Assembly: GCA_964057225.1 (NCBI GenBank)
Contig: OZ059894.1
Coordinates: forward strand, 18,042,001 to 18,106,000
DNA length: 64,000 bases
DNA from: Auanema rhodensis
Taxonomy: Eukaryota > Animalia > Nematoda
Direction of reading: 5' to 3'
Position numbers and translations under genes: made by a program. Positions 44,411-57,679 of the stretch are shown piece by piece (the first letter of the stretch is position 1; each line of letters starts with the position of its first letter). Below the pieces are notes generated by a model. The model did no database searches and was not told the DNA's origin. It was given only the letters and a program-made list of their open reading frames with translations.

Positions 44411-44549
44411 TTTGGACTAATATGGACATGGGGAATCTAATTTTGAAAAGCGCATCTCTTTATCTTTCACGTGAAGCGAGTTATATACCAAGTGCACATC
44501 ACGTGTACATTTAATTAGCATAAATTAAAGTTCACGTAAATTTCAAAGT

Positions 44550-47500
44550 CATCGTTACCATGCACCAATATCCATAAAAATTTGTTTTTACACTAATATT
44601 AACATGGGGAATCTAATTTTGAAAACCGCATCTCTTTATCTTTTACGGAAAGCGAGTTACATACCATGTGCCCATCACGTGTACATTTAATTAGCATAAA
44701 TTAAAGTTCACGTAAATTTCAAGGTCATGGTTACCATGCTTCTATATCAATAAAAATTTGTATTCAGTCTAATATGGAAATGGGGAATCTAATTTTGAAA
44801 ACCGCATCTCTTTATCTTTTACGGGAAGCGAGTTACATACCATGTGCACATCACGTGTACATTTAATTAGCATAAATTAAAGTTCACGTAAGTTTCAAAG
44901 TCATGGTTACCATGTGTAAATCACGTGTACATTTAATTAGCATAAATTAAAGTTCACGTAAATTTCAAAGTCATGGTTACCATGCACCTATATCAATAAA
45001 AATTTGTTTTCAGTCTAATATGGAAATGGGGAATCTAATTTTGAAAACCGCATCTCTTTATCTTTTACGGGAAGCGAGTTACATACCATGTGCACATCAC
45101 GTGTACATTTAATTAGCATAAATTAAAGTTCACGTAAATTTCAAAGTCATGGTTACCATGCACCTATATCAATAAAAATTTGTTTTCAGTCTAATATGGA
45201 AATGGGGAATCTAATTTTGAAAACCGCATCTCTTTATCTTTTACGGGAAGCGAGTTACATACCATGTGCACATCACGTGTACATTTAATTAGCATAAATT
45301 AAAGTTCACGTAAATTTCAAAGTCATGGTTACCATGCACCTATATCAATAAAAATTTGTTTTCAGTCTAATATGGAAATGGGGAATCTAATTTTGAAAAC
45401 CGCATCTCTTTATCTTTTACGGGAAGCGAGTTACATACTATGTGTAAATCACGTGTACATTTAATTAGCATAAATTAAAGTTTACGTAAATTTCAAAGTC
45501 ATGGTTAGCATGCACCTATATCAATGAAAATTTGTTTTTGGACTAATATGGCCATAGGGAATTTAATTTTGAAAACGGCATCTCTTCATCTTTGAGTTAC
45601 ATACCATGTGTACATCACGTGTACATTTAATTAGCATAAATTAAAGTTCACGTAAATTTCAAAGTCATCGTTACCATGCACCTATATCAATAGAAATTTG
45701 TTTCTAGACTAATATGGCCATGGGGAATCTAATTATGAAAACCGCATCTCTTTATCTTTTACGGGAAGCGAGTTACATACCATGTGTAAATCACGTGTAC
45801 ATTTAATTAGCATAAATTAAAGTTCACGTAAATTTCAAAGTCATGGTTACCATGCGCCTACATCAATAAAAATTTGTTTTTAGTCTAATATGGCCATGGG
45901 GAATCTAATTATGAAAACCGCATCTCTTTATCTTTTACGGGAAGCGAGTTACATACCATGTGCACATCACGTGTACATTTAATTAGCATAAATTAAAGTT
46001 CACGTAAATTTCAAAGTCAAGGTTACCTTGCACCAGTATCAATGAAAATTTGTTTTTAGTCTAATATGGCCATGATGAATCTAATTATGAAAACCGCATC
46101 TCTTTATCTTTTACGGGAAGCGAGTTACATACCAAGTGCACATCACGTGTACATTTAATTAGTATAAATTAAAGTTCACGTTAATTTCAAAGTCATGGTT
46201 ACCATGCACCAATATCAATGAAAATTTGTTTTTTGGACTAATATGGACATGGGGAATCTAATTTTGAAAACTGCATCTCTTTATCTTTCACGTGAAGCGA
46301 GTTACACACCAAGTGCACATCAAGTGTACTTTTAATTAGCACAAATTAAAGTTCACGTAAATTTCAAAGTCATGGTTACCATGCACCAATATCCATAAAA
46401 ATTTGTTTTTACACTAATATTAACATGGGGAATCTAATTTTGAAAACCGCATCTCTTTATCTTTTACGGAAAGCGAGTTACATACCATGTGCCCATCACG
46501 TGTACATTTAATTAGCATAAATTAAAGTTCACGTAAATTTCAAGGTCATGGTTACCATGCTTCTATATCAATAAAAATTTGTATTCAGTCTAATATGGAA
46601 ATGGGGAATCTAATTTTGAAAACCGCATCTCTTTATCTTTTACGGGAAGCGAGTTACATACCATGTGCACATCACGTGTACATTTAATTAGCATAAATTA
46701 AAGTTCACGTAAGTTTCAAAGTCATGGTTACCATGTGTAAATCACGTGTACATTTAATTAGCATAAATTAAAGTTCACGTAAATTTCAAAGTCATGGTTA
46801 CCATGCACCTATATCAATAAAAATTTGTTTTCAGTCTAATATGGAAATGGGGAATCTAATTTTGAAAACCGCATCTCTTTATCTTTTACGGGAAGCGAGT
46901 TACATACCATGTGCACATCACGTGTACATTTAATTAGCATAAATTAAAGTTCACGTAAATTTCAAAGTCATGGTTACCATGCACCTATATCAATAAAAAT
47001 TTGTTTTCAGTCTAATATGGAAATGGGGAATCTAATTTTGAAAACCGCATCTCTTTATCTTTTACGGGAAGCGAGTTACATACCATGTGCACATCACGTG
47101 TACATTTAATTAGCATAAATTAAAGTTCACGTAAATTTCAAAGTCATGGTTACCATGCACCTATATCAATAAAAATTTGTTTTCAGTCTAATATGGAAAT
47201 GGGGAATCTAATTTTGAAAACCGCATCTCTTTATCTTTTACGGGAAGCGAGTTACATACTATGTGTAAATCACGTGTACATTTAATTAGCATAAATTAAA
47301 GTTTACGTAAATTTCAAAGTCATGGTTAGCATGCACCTATATCAATGAAAATTTGTTTTTGGACTAATACGGCCATAGGGAATTTAATTTTGAAAACGGC
47401 ATCTCTTCATCTTTGAGTTACATACCATGTGTACATCACGTGTACATTTAATTAGCATAAATTAAAGTTCACGTAAATTTCAAAGTCATCGTTACCATGC

Positions 47501-50500
47501 ACCTATATCAATAGAAATTTGTTTCTAGACTAATATGGCCATGGGGAATCTAATTATGAAAACCGCATCTCTTTATCTTTTACGGGAAGCGAGTTACATA
47601 CCATGTGTAAATCACGTGTACATTTAATTAGCATAAATTAAAGTTCACGTAAATTTCAAAGTCATGGTTACCATGCGCCTACATCAATAAAAATTTGTTT
47701 TTAGTCTAATATGGCCATGGGGAATCTAATTATGAAAACCGCATCTCTTTATCTTTTACGGGAAGCGAGTTACATACCATGTGTAAATCACGTGTACATT
47801 TAATTAGCATAAATTAAAGTTCACGTAAATTTCAAAGTCATGGTTACCATGCACCTATATCAATAAAAATTTGTTTTCAGTCTAATATGGAAATGGGGAA
47901 TCTAATTTTGAAAACCGCATCTCTTTATCTTTTACGGGAAGCGAGTTACATACCATGTGCACATCACGTGTACATTTAATTAGCATAAATTAAAGTTCAC
48001 GTAAATTTCAAAGTCAAGGTTACCTTGCACCAGTATCAATGAAAATTTGTTTTCGGACTAATATGGCCATGGGGAATCTAATTTTGAAAACCGCATCTCT
48101 TTATCTTTTACGGAAAGCGAGTTACATACCATGTGTACATCACGTGTACATTTAATTAGCATAAATTAAAGTTCACGTAAATTTCAAAGTCATGGTTACC
48201 ATGCACCTATATCAATAGAAATTTGTTTTCGGACTAATATGGCCATGGGGAATCTAATAATTTTGAAAACTGCATCTCTTTATCTTTCACGTGAAGCGAG
48301 TTACACACCAAGTGCACATCAAGTGTACTTTTAATTAGCATAAATTAAAGTTCACGTAAATTTCAAAGTCATCGTTACCATGCACCTATATCAATAAAAA
48401 TTTGTTTTCAGTCTAATATGGAAATGGGGAATCTAATTATGAAAACCGCATCTCTTTATCTTTTACGGGAAGCGAGTTACATACCATGTGTAAATCACGT
48501 GTACATTTAATTAGCATAAATTAAAGTTTACGTAAATTTCAAAGTCATGGTTACCATGCGCCTATATCAATAAAAATTTGTTTTCAGTCTAATATGGAAA
48601 TGGGGAATCTAATTTTGAGAACCGCATCTCTTTATCTTTTACGGGAAGCGAGTTACATACCATGTGCACATCACGTGTACATTTAATTAGCATCAATTAA
48701 AGTTTACGTGATTTTCAAAGTCATGGTTACCATGCGCCTATATCAATAAAAATTTGTTTTTAGTCTAATATGGCCATGATGAATCTAATTATGAAAACCA
48801 CATCTCTTTATCTTTTACGGGAAGCGAGTTACATACCATGTGCACATCACGTGTACATTTAATTAGCATAAATTAAAGTTTACGTAAATTTCAAAGTCAT
48901 GGTTACCATGCACCTATATCAATAAAAATTTGTTTTCAGTCTAATACGGAAATGGGGAATCTAATTTTGAAAACCGCATCTCTTTATCTTTTACGGGAAG
49001 CGAGTTACATACCATGTGCACATCACGTGTACATTTAATTAGCATAAATTAAAGTTCACGTAAATTTCAAAGTCATGGTTACCATGCACCTATATCAATA
49101 AAAATTTGTTTTCAGTCTAATATGGAAATGGGGAATCTAATTTTGAAAACCGCATCTCTTTATCTTTTACGGGAAGCGAGTTACATACCATGTGCACATC
49201 ACGTGTACATTTAATTAGCATAAATTAAAGTTCACGTAAATTTCAAAGTCATGGTTACCATGCACCTATATCAATAAAAATTTGTTTTCAGTCTAATATG
49301 GAAATGGGGAATCTAATTTTGAAAACCGCATCTCTTTATCTTTTACGGGAAGCGAGTTACATACTATGTGTAAATCACGTGTACATTTAATTAGCATAAA
49401 TTAAAGTTTACGTAAATTTCAAAGTCATGGTTAGCATGCACCTATATCAATGAAAATTTGTTTTTGGACTAATATGGCCATAGGGAATTTAATTTTGAAA
49501 ACGGCATCTCTTCATCTTTGAGTTACATACCATGTGTACATCACGTGTACATTTAATTAGCATAAATTAAAGTTCACGTAAATTTCAAAGTCATCGTTAC
49601 CATGCACCTATATCAATAGAAATTTGTTTCTAGACTAATATGGCCATGGGGAATCTAATTATGAAAACCGCATCTCTTTATCTTTTACGGGAAGCGAGTT
49701 ACATACCATGTGTAAATCACGTGTACATTTAATTAGCATAAATTAAAGTTCACGTAAATTTCAAAGTCATGGTTACCATGCGCCTACATCAATAAAAATT
49801 TGTTTTTAGTCTAATATGGCCATGGGGAATCTAATTATGAAAACCGCATCTCTTTATCTTTTACGGGAAGCGAGTTACATACCATGTGCACATCACGTGT
49901 ACATTTAATTAGCATAAATTAAAGTTCACGTAAATTTCAAAGTCAAGGTTACCTTGCACCAGTATCAATGAAAATTTGTTTTTAGTCTAATATGGCCATG
50001 ATGAATCTAATTATGAAAACCGCATCTCTTTATCTTTTACGGGAAGCGAGTTACATACCAAGTGCACATCACGTGTACATTTAATTAGTATAAATTAAAG
50101 TTCACGTTAATTTCAAAGTCATGGTTACCTTGCACCAATATCAATGAAAATTTGTTTTTGGACTAATATTAACATGGGGAATCTAATTTTGAAAACCGCA
50201 TCTCTTTATCTTTTACGGAAAGCGAGTTACATACCATGTGCCCATCACGTGTACATTTAATTAGCATAAATTAAAGTTCACGTAAATTTCAAGGTCATGG
50301 TTACCATGCTTCTATATCAATAAAAATTTGTATTCAGTCTAATATGGAAATGGGGAATCTAATTTTGAAAACCGCATCTCTTTATCTTTTACGGGAAGCG
50401 AGTTACATACCATGTGCACATCACGTGTACATTTAATTAGCATAAATTAAAGTTCACGTAAGTTTCAAAGTCATGGTTACCATGTGTAAATCACGTGTAC

Positions 50501-53500
50501 ATTTAATTAGCATAAATTAAAGTTCACGTAAATTTCAAAGTCATGGTTACCATGCACCTATATCAATAAAAATTTGTTTTCAGTCTAATATGGAAATGGG
50601 GAATCTAATTTTGAAAACCGCATCTCTTTATCTTTTACGGGAAGCGAGTTACATACCATGTGCACATCACGTGTACATTTAATTAGCATAAATTAAAGTT
50701 CACGTAAATTTCAAAGTCATGGTTACCATGCACCTATATCAATAAAAATTTGTTTTCAGTCTAATATGGAAATGGGGAATCTAATTTTGAAAACCGCATC
50801 TCTTTATCTTTTACGGGAAGCGAGTTACATACCATGTGCACATCACGTGTACATTTAATTAGCATAAATTAAAGTTCACGTAAATTTCAAAGTCATGGTT
50901 ACCATGCACCTATATCAATAAAAATTTGTTTTCAGTCTAATATGGAAATGGGGAATCTAATTTTGAAAACCGCATCTCTTTATCTTTTACGGGAAGCGAG
51001 TTACATACTATGTGTAAATCACGTGTACATTTAATTAGCATAAATTAAAGTTTACGTAAATTTCAAAGTCATGGTTAGCATGCACCTATATCAATGAAAA
51101 TTTGTTTTTGGACTAATACGGCCATAGGGAATTTAATTTTGAAAACGGCATCTCTTCATCTTTGAGTTACATACCATGTGTACATCACGTGTACATTTAA
51201 TTAGCATAAATTAAAGTTCACGTAAATTTCAAAGTCATCGTTACCATGCACCTATATCAATAGAAATTGGTTTCTAGACTAATATGGCCATGGGGAATCT
51301 AATTATGAAAACCGCATCTCTTTATCTTTTACGGGAAGCGAGTTACATACCATGTGTAAATCACGTGTACATTTAATTAGCATAAATTAAAGTTCACGTA
51401 AATTTCAAAGTCATGGTTACCATGCGCCTACATCAATAAAAATTTGTTTTTAGTCTAATATGGCCATGGGGAATCTAATTATGAAAACCGCATCTCTTTA
51501 TCTTTTACGGGAAGCGAGTTACATACCATGTGTAAATCACGTGTACATTTAATTAGCATAAATTAAAGTTCACGTAAATTTCAAAGTCATGGTTACCATG
51601 CACCTATATCAATAAAAATTTGTTTTCAGTCTAATATGGAAATGGGGAATCTAATTTTGAAAACCGCATCTCTTTATCTTTTACGGGAAGCGAGTTACAT
51701 ACCATGTGCACATCACGTGTACATTTAATTAGCATAAATTAAAGTTCACGTAAATTTCAAAGTCAAGGTTACCTTGCACCAGTATCAATGAAAATTTGTT
51801 TTCGGACTAATATGGCCATGGGGAATCTAATTTTGAAAACCGCATCTCTTTATCTTTTACGGAAAGCGAGTTACATACCATGTGTACATCACGTGTACAT
51901 TTAATTAGCATAAATTAAAGTTCACGTAAATTTCAAAGTCATGGTTACCATGCACCTATATCAATAGAAATTTGTTTTCGGACTAATATGGCCATGGGGA
52001 ATCTAATAATTTTGAAAACTGCATCTCTTTATCTTTCACGTGAAGCGAGTTACACACCAAGTGCACATCAAGTGTACTTTTAATTAGCATAAATTAAAGT
52101 TCACGTAAATTTCAAAGTCATCGTTACCATGCACCTATATCAATAAAAATTTGTTTTCAGTCTAATATGGAAATGGGGAATCTAATTATGAAAACCGCAT
52201 CTCTTTATCTTTTACGGGAAGCGAGTTACATACCATGTGTAAATCACGTGTACATTTAATTAGCATAAATTAAAGTTTACGTAAATTTCAAAGTCATGGT
52301 TACCATGCGCCTATATCAATAAAAATTTGTTTTCAGTCTAATATGGAAATGGGGAATCTAATTTTGAGAACCGCATCTCTTTATCTTTTACGGGAAGCGA
52401 GTTACATACCATGTGCACATCACGTGTACATTTAATTAGCATAAATTAAAGTTTACGTGATTTTCAAAGTCATGGTTACCATGCGCCTATATCAATAAAA
52501 ATTTGTTTTTAGTCTAATATGGCCATGATGAATCTAATTATGAAAACCACATCTCTTTATCTTTTACGGGAAGCGAGTTACATACCATGTGCACATCACG
52601 TGTACATTTAATTAGCATAAATTAAAGTTTACGTAAATTTCAAAGTCATGGTTACCATGCACCTATATCAATAAAAATTTGTTTTCAGTCTAATACGGAA
52701 ATGGGGAATCTAATTTTGAAAACCGCATCTCTTTATCTTTTACGGGAAGCGAGTTACATACCATGTGTAAATCACGTGTACATTTAATTAGCATAAATTA
52801 AAGTTTACGAAAATTTCAAAGTCATGGTTACCATGCACCTATATCAATAAAAATTTGTTTTCAGTCTAATATGGAAATGGGGAATCTAATTTTGAAAACC
52901 GCATCTCTTTATCTTTTACGGGAAGCGAGTTACATACCATGTGTAAATCACGTGTACATTTAATTAGCATAAATTAAAGTTCACGTAAATTTCAAAGTCA
53001 TGGTTACCATGCACCTATATCAATAAAAATTTGTTTTCAGTCTAATATGGAAATGGGGAATCTAATTTTGAAAACCGCATTTCTTTATCTTTTACGGGAA
53101 GCGAGTTACATACCATGTGCACATCACGTGTACATTTAATTAGCATAAATTAAAGTTCACGTAAATTTCAAAGTCATGGTTACCATGCACCTATATCAAT
53201 AAAAATTTGTTTTCAGTCTAATATGGAAATGGGGAATCTAATTTTGAAAACCGCATCTCTTTATCTTTTACGGGAAGCGAGTTACATACTATGTGTAAAT
53301 CACGTGTACATTTAATTAGCATAAATTAAAGTTTACGTAAATTTCAAAGTCATGGTTAGCATGCACCTATATCAATGAAAATTTGTTTTTGGACTAATAC
53401 GGCCATAGGGAATTTAATTTTGAAAACGGCATCTCTTCATCTTTGAGTTACATACCATGTGTACATCACGTGTACATTTAATTAGCATAAATTAAAGTTC

Positions 53501-55100
53501 ACGTAAATTTCAAAGTCATCGTTACCATGCACCTATATCAATAGAAATTTGTTTCTAGACTAATATGGCCATGGGGAATCTAATTATGAAAACCGCATCT
53601 CTTTATCTTTTACGGGAAGCGAGTTACATACCATGTGTAAATCACGTGTACATTTAATTAGCATAAATTAAAGTTCACGTAAATTTCAAAGTCATGGTTA
53701 CCATGCGCCTACATCAATAAAAATTTGTTTTTAGTCTAATATGGCCATGGGGAATCTAATTATGAAAACCGCATCTCTTTATCTTTTACGGGAAGCGAGT
53801 TACATACCATGTGTAAATCACGTGTACATTTAATTAGCATAAATTAAAGTTCACGTAAATTTCAAAGTCATGGTTACCATGCACCTATATCAATAAAAAT
53901 TTGTTTTCAGTCTAATATGGAAATGGGGAATCTAATTTTGAAAACCGCATCTCTTTATCTTTTACGGGAAGCGAGTTACATACCATGTGCACATCACGTG
54001 TACATTTAATTAGCATAAATTAAAGTTCACGTAAATTTCAAAGTCAAGGTTACCTTGCACCAGTATCAATGAAAATTTGTTTTCGGACTAATATGGCCAT
54101 GGGGAATCTAATTTTGAAAACCGCATCTCTTTATCTTTTACGGAAAGCGAGTTACATACCATGTGTACATCACGTGTACATTTAATTAGCATAAATTAAA
54201 GTTCACGTAAATTTCAAAGTCATGGTTACCATGCACCTATATCAATAGAAATTTGTTTTCGGACTAATATGGCCATGGGGAATCTAATAATTTTGAAAAC
54301 TGCATCTCTTTATCTTTCACGTGAAGCGAGTTACACACCAAGTGCACATCAAGTGTACTTTTAATTAGCATAAATTAAAGTTCACGTAAATTTCAAAGTC
54401 ATCGTTACCATGCACCTATATCAATAAAAATTTGTTTTCAGTCTAATATGGAAATGGGGAATCTAATTATGAAAACCGCATCTCTTTATCTTTTACGGGA
54501 AGCGAGTTACATACCATGTGTAAATCACGTGTACATTTAATTAGCATAAATTAAAGTTTACGTAAATTTCAAAGTCATGGTTACCATGCGCCTATATCAA
54601 TAAAAATTTGTTTTCAGTCTAATATGGAAATGGGGAATCTAATTTTGAGAACCGCATCTCTTTATCTTTTACGGGAAGCGAGTTACATACCATGTGCACA
54701 TCACGTGTACATTTAATTAGCATAAATTAAAGTTTACGTGATTTTCAAAGTCATGGTTACCATGCGCCTATATCAATAAAAATTTGTTTTTAGTCTAATA
54801 TGGCCATGATGAATCTAATTATGAAAACCGCATCTCTTTATCTTTTACGGGAAGCGAGTTACATACCATGTGCACATCACGTGTACATTTAATTAGCATA
54901 AATTAAAGTTTACGTAAATTTCAAAGTCATGGTTACCATGCACCTATATCAATAAAAATTTGTTTTCAGTCTAATACGGAAATGGGGAATCTAATTTTGA
55001 AAACCGCATCTCTTTATCTTTTACGGGAAGCGAGTTACATACCATGTGTAAATCACGTGTACATTTAATTAGCATAAATTAAAGTTTACGTAAATTTCAA
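44550..55100 (+). repeat. Nested HOR zone with 1821-bp (11-unit), 3749-bp (22-unit) and 2281-bp (13-unit) periods
   Basis: 70-bp truncated units start at 44844, 46665 and 50414. The 3-bp insertion AATCTAATAATTTT starts at 48251, 52000 and 54281. The offsets match unit counts once the known indels are allowed for. Confidence 0.88.
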
Positions 55101-57679
55101 AGTCATGGTTAGCATGCACCTATATCAATGAAAATTTGTTTTTGGACTAATATGGCCATAGGGAATTTAATTTTGAAAACCGCATTTCTTTATCTTTTAC
55201 GGGAAGCGAGTGACATACCATGTGTAAATCACGTGTACATTTAATTAGCATAAATTAAAGTTTACGTAAATTTCAAAGTCATGGTTACCATGCACCTATA
55301 TCAATAAAAATTTGTTTTCAGTCTAATACGGAAATGGGGAATCTAATTTTGAAAACCGCATCTCTTTATCTTTTACGGGAAGCGAGTTACATACCATGTG
55401 TAAATCACGTGTACATTTAATTAGCATAAATTAAAGTTCACGTAAATTTCAAAGTCATGGTTACCATGCACCTATATCAATAAAAATTTGTTTTCAGTCT
55501 AATATGGAAATGGGGAATCTAATTTTGAAAACCGCATTTCTTTATCTTTTACGGGAAGCGAGTGACATACCATGTGTAAATCACGTGTACATTTAATTAG
55601 CATAAATTGAAGTTCACGTAAATTTCAAAGTCATGGTTACCATGCACCTATATCAATAAAAATTTGTTTTCAGTCTAATATGGAAATGGGGAATCTAATT
55701 TTGAAAACCGCATCTCTTTATCTTTTACCGGAAACGAGTTACATATCATGTGTACATCACGTGTACATTTAATTAGCATAAATTAAAGTTCACGTAAATT
55801 TCAAAGTCATGGTTACCATGCGCCTATATCAATAAAAATTTGTTTTTAGTCTAATATGGCCATGGGGAATCTAATTATGAAAACCGCATCTCTTTATCTT
55901 TTACGGGAAGCGAGTTACATACCATGTGTAAATCACATGTACATTTAATTAGCATAAATTAAAGTTCACGTAAATTTCAAAGTCATGGTTACCATGCACC
56001 TATATCAATAAAAATTTGTTTTTAGTCTAATATGGCCATGGGGAATCTAATTATGAAAACCGCATCTCTTTATCTTTTACGGGAAGCGAGTTACATACCA
56101 TGTGTACATCACGTGTACATTTAATTAGCATAAATTAAAGTTCACGTAAATTTCAAAGTCATGGTTACCATGCACCTATATCAATAAAAATTTGTTTTCA
56201 GTCTAATATGGAAATGGGGAATCTAATTTTGAAAACCGCATCTCTTTATCTTTTACGGGAAGCGAGTTACATACCATGTGTAAATCACGTGTACATTTAA
56301 TTAGCATAAATTAAAGTTTACGTAAATTTCAAAGTCATGGTTACCGTGCACCTATATCAATGAAAATTTGTTTTCAGTCTAATATGGAAATGGGGAATCT
56401 AATTTTGAAAACCGCATCTTTTTATCTTTTACGGGCAGCGAGTTACATACCATGTGCACATCACGTGTACATTTAATTAGCATAAATTAAAGTTCACGTA
56501 AATTTCAAAGTCATGGTTACCATGCACCTATATCAATAAAAATTTGTTTTCAGTCTAATACGGAAATGGGGAATCTAATTTTGAAAACCGCATCTCTTTA
56601 TCTTTTACGGGAAGCGAGTTACATACCATGTGTAAATCACGTGTACATTTAATTAGCATAAATTAAAGTTTACGTAAATTTCAAAGTCATGGTTACCATG
56701 CACCTATATCAATAAAAATTTGTTTTCAGTCTAATATGGAAATGGGGAATCTAATTTTGAAAACCGCATTTCTTTATCTTTTACGGGAAGCGAGTGACAT
56801 ACCATGTGTAAATCACGTGTACATTTAATTAGCATAAATTGAAGTTCACGTAAATTTCAAAGTCATGGTTACCATGCACCTATATCAATAAAAATTTGTT
56901 TTCAGTCTAATATGGAAATGGGGAATCTAATTTTGAAAACCGCATCTCTTTATCTTTTACCGGAAACGAGTTACATATCATGTGTACATCACGTGTACAT
57001 TTAATTAGCATAAATTAAAGTTCACGTAAATTTCAAAGTCATGGTTACCATGCGCCTATATCAATAAAAATTTGTTTTTAGTCTAATATGGCCATGGGGA
57101 ATCTAATTATGAAAACCGCATCTCTTTATCTTTTACGGGAAGCGAGTTACATACCATGTGTATATCACGTGTACATTTAATTAGCATAAATTAAAGTTCA
57201 CGTAAATTTCAAAGTCATGGTTACCATGCGCCTATATCAATAAAAATTTGTTTTTAGTCTAATATGGCCATGGGGAATCTAATTATGAAAACCGCATCTC
57301 TTTATCTTTTACGGGAAGCGAGTTACATACCATGTGTAAATCACGTGTACATTTAATTAGCATAAATTAAAGTTCACGTAAATTTCAAAGTCATGGTTAC
57401 CATGCACCTATATCAATAAAAATTTGTTTTCAGTCTAATATGGAAATGGGGAATCTAATTTTGAAAACCGCATCTCTTTATCTTTTACGGGAAGCGAGTT
57501 ACATACCATGTGTAAATCACGTGTACATTTAATTAGCATAAATTAAAGTTTACGTAAATTTCAAAGTCATGGTTACCGTGCACCTATATCAATGAAAATT
57601 TGTTTTCAGTCTAATATGGATATGGGGAATCTAATTTTGAAAACCGCATCTTTTTATCTTTTACGGGAAGCGAGTTACA

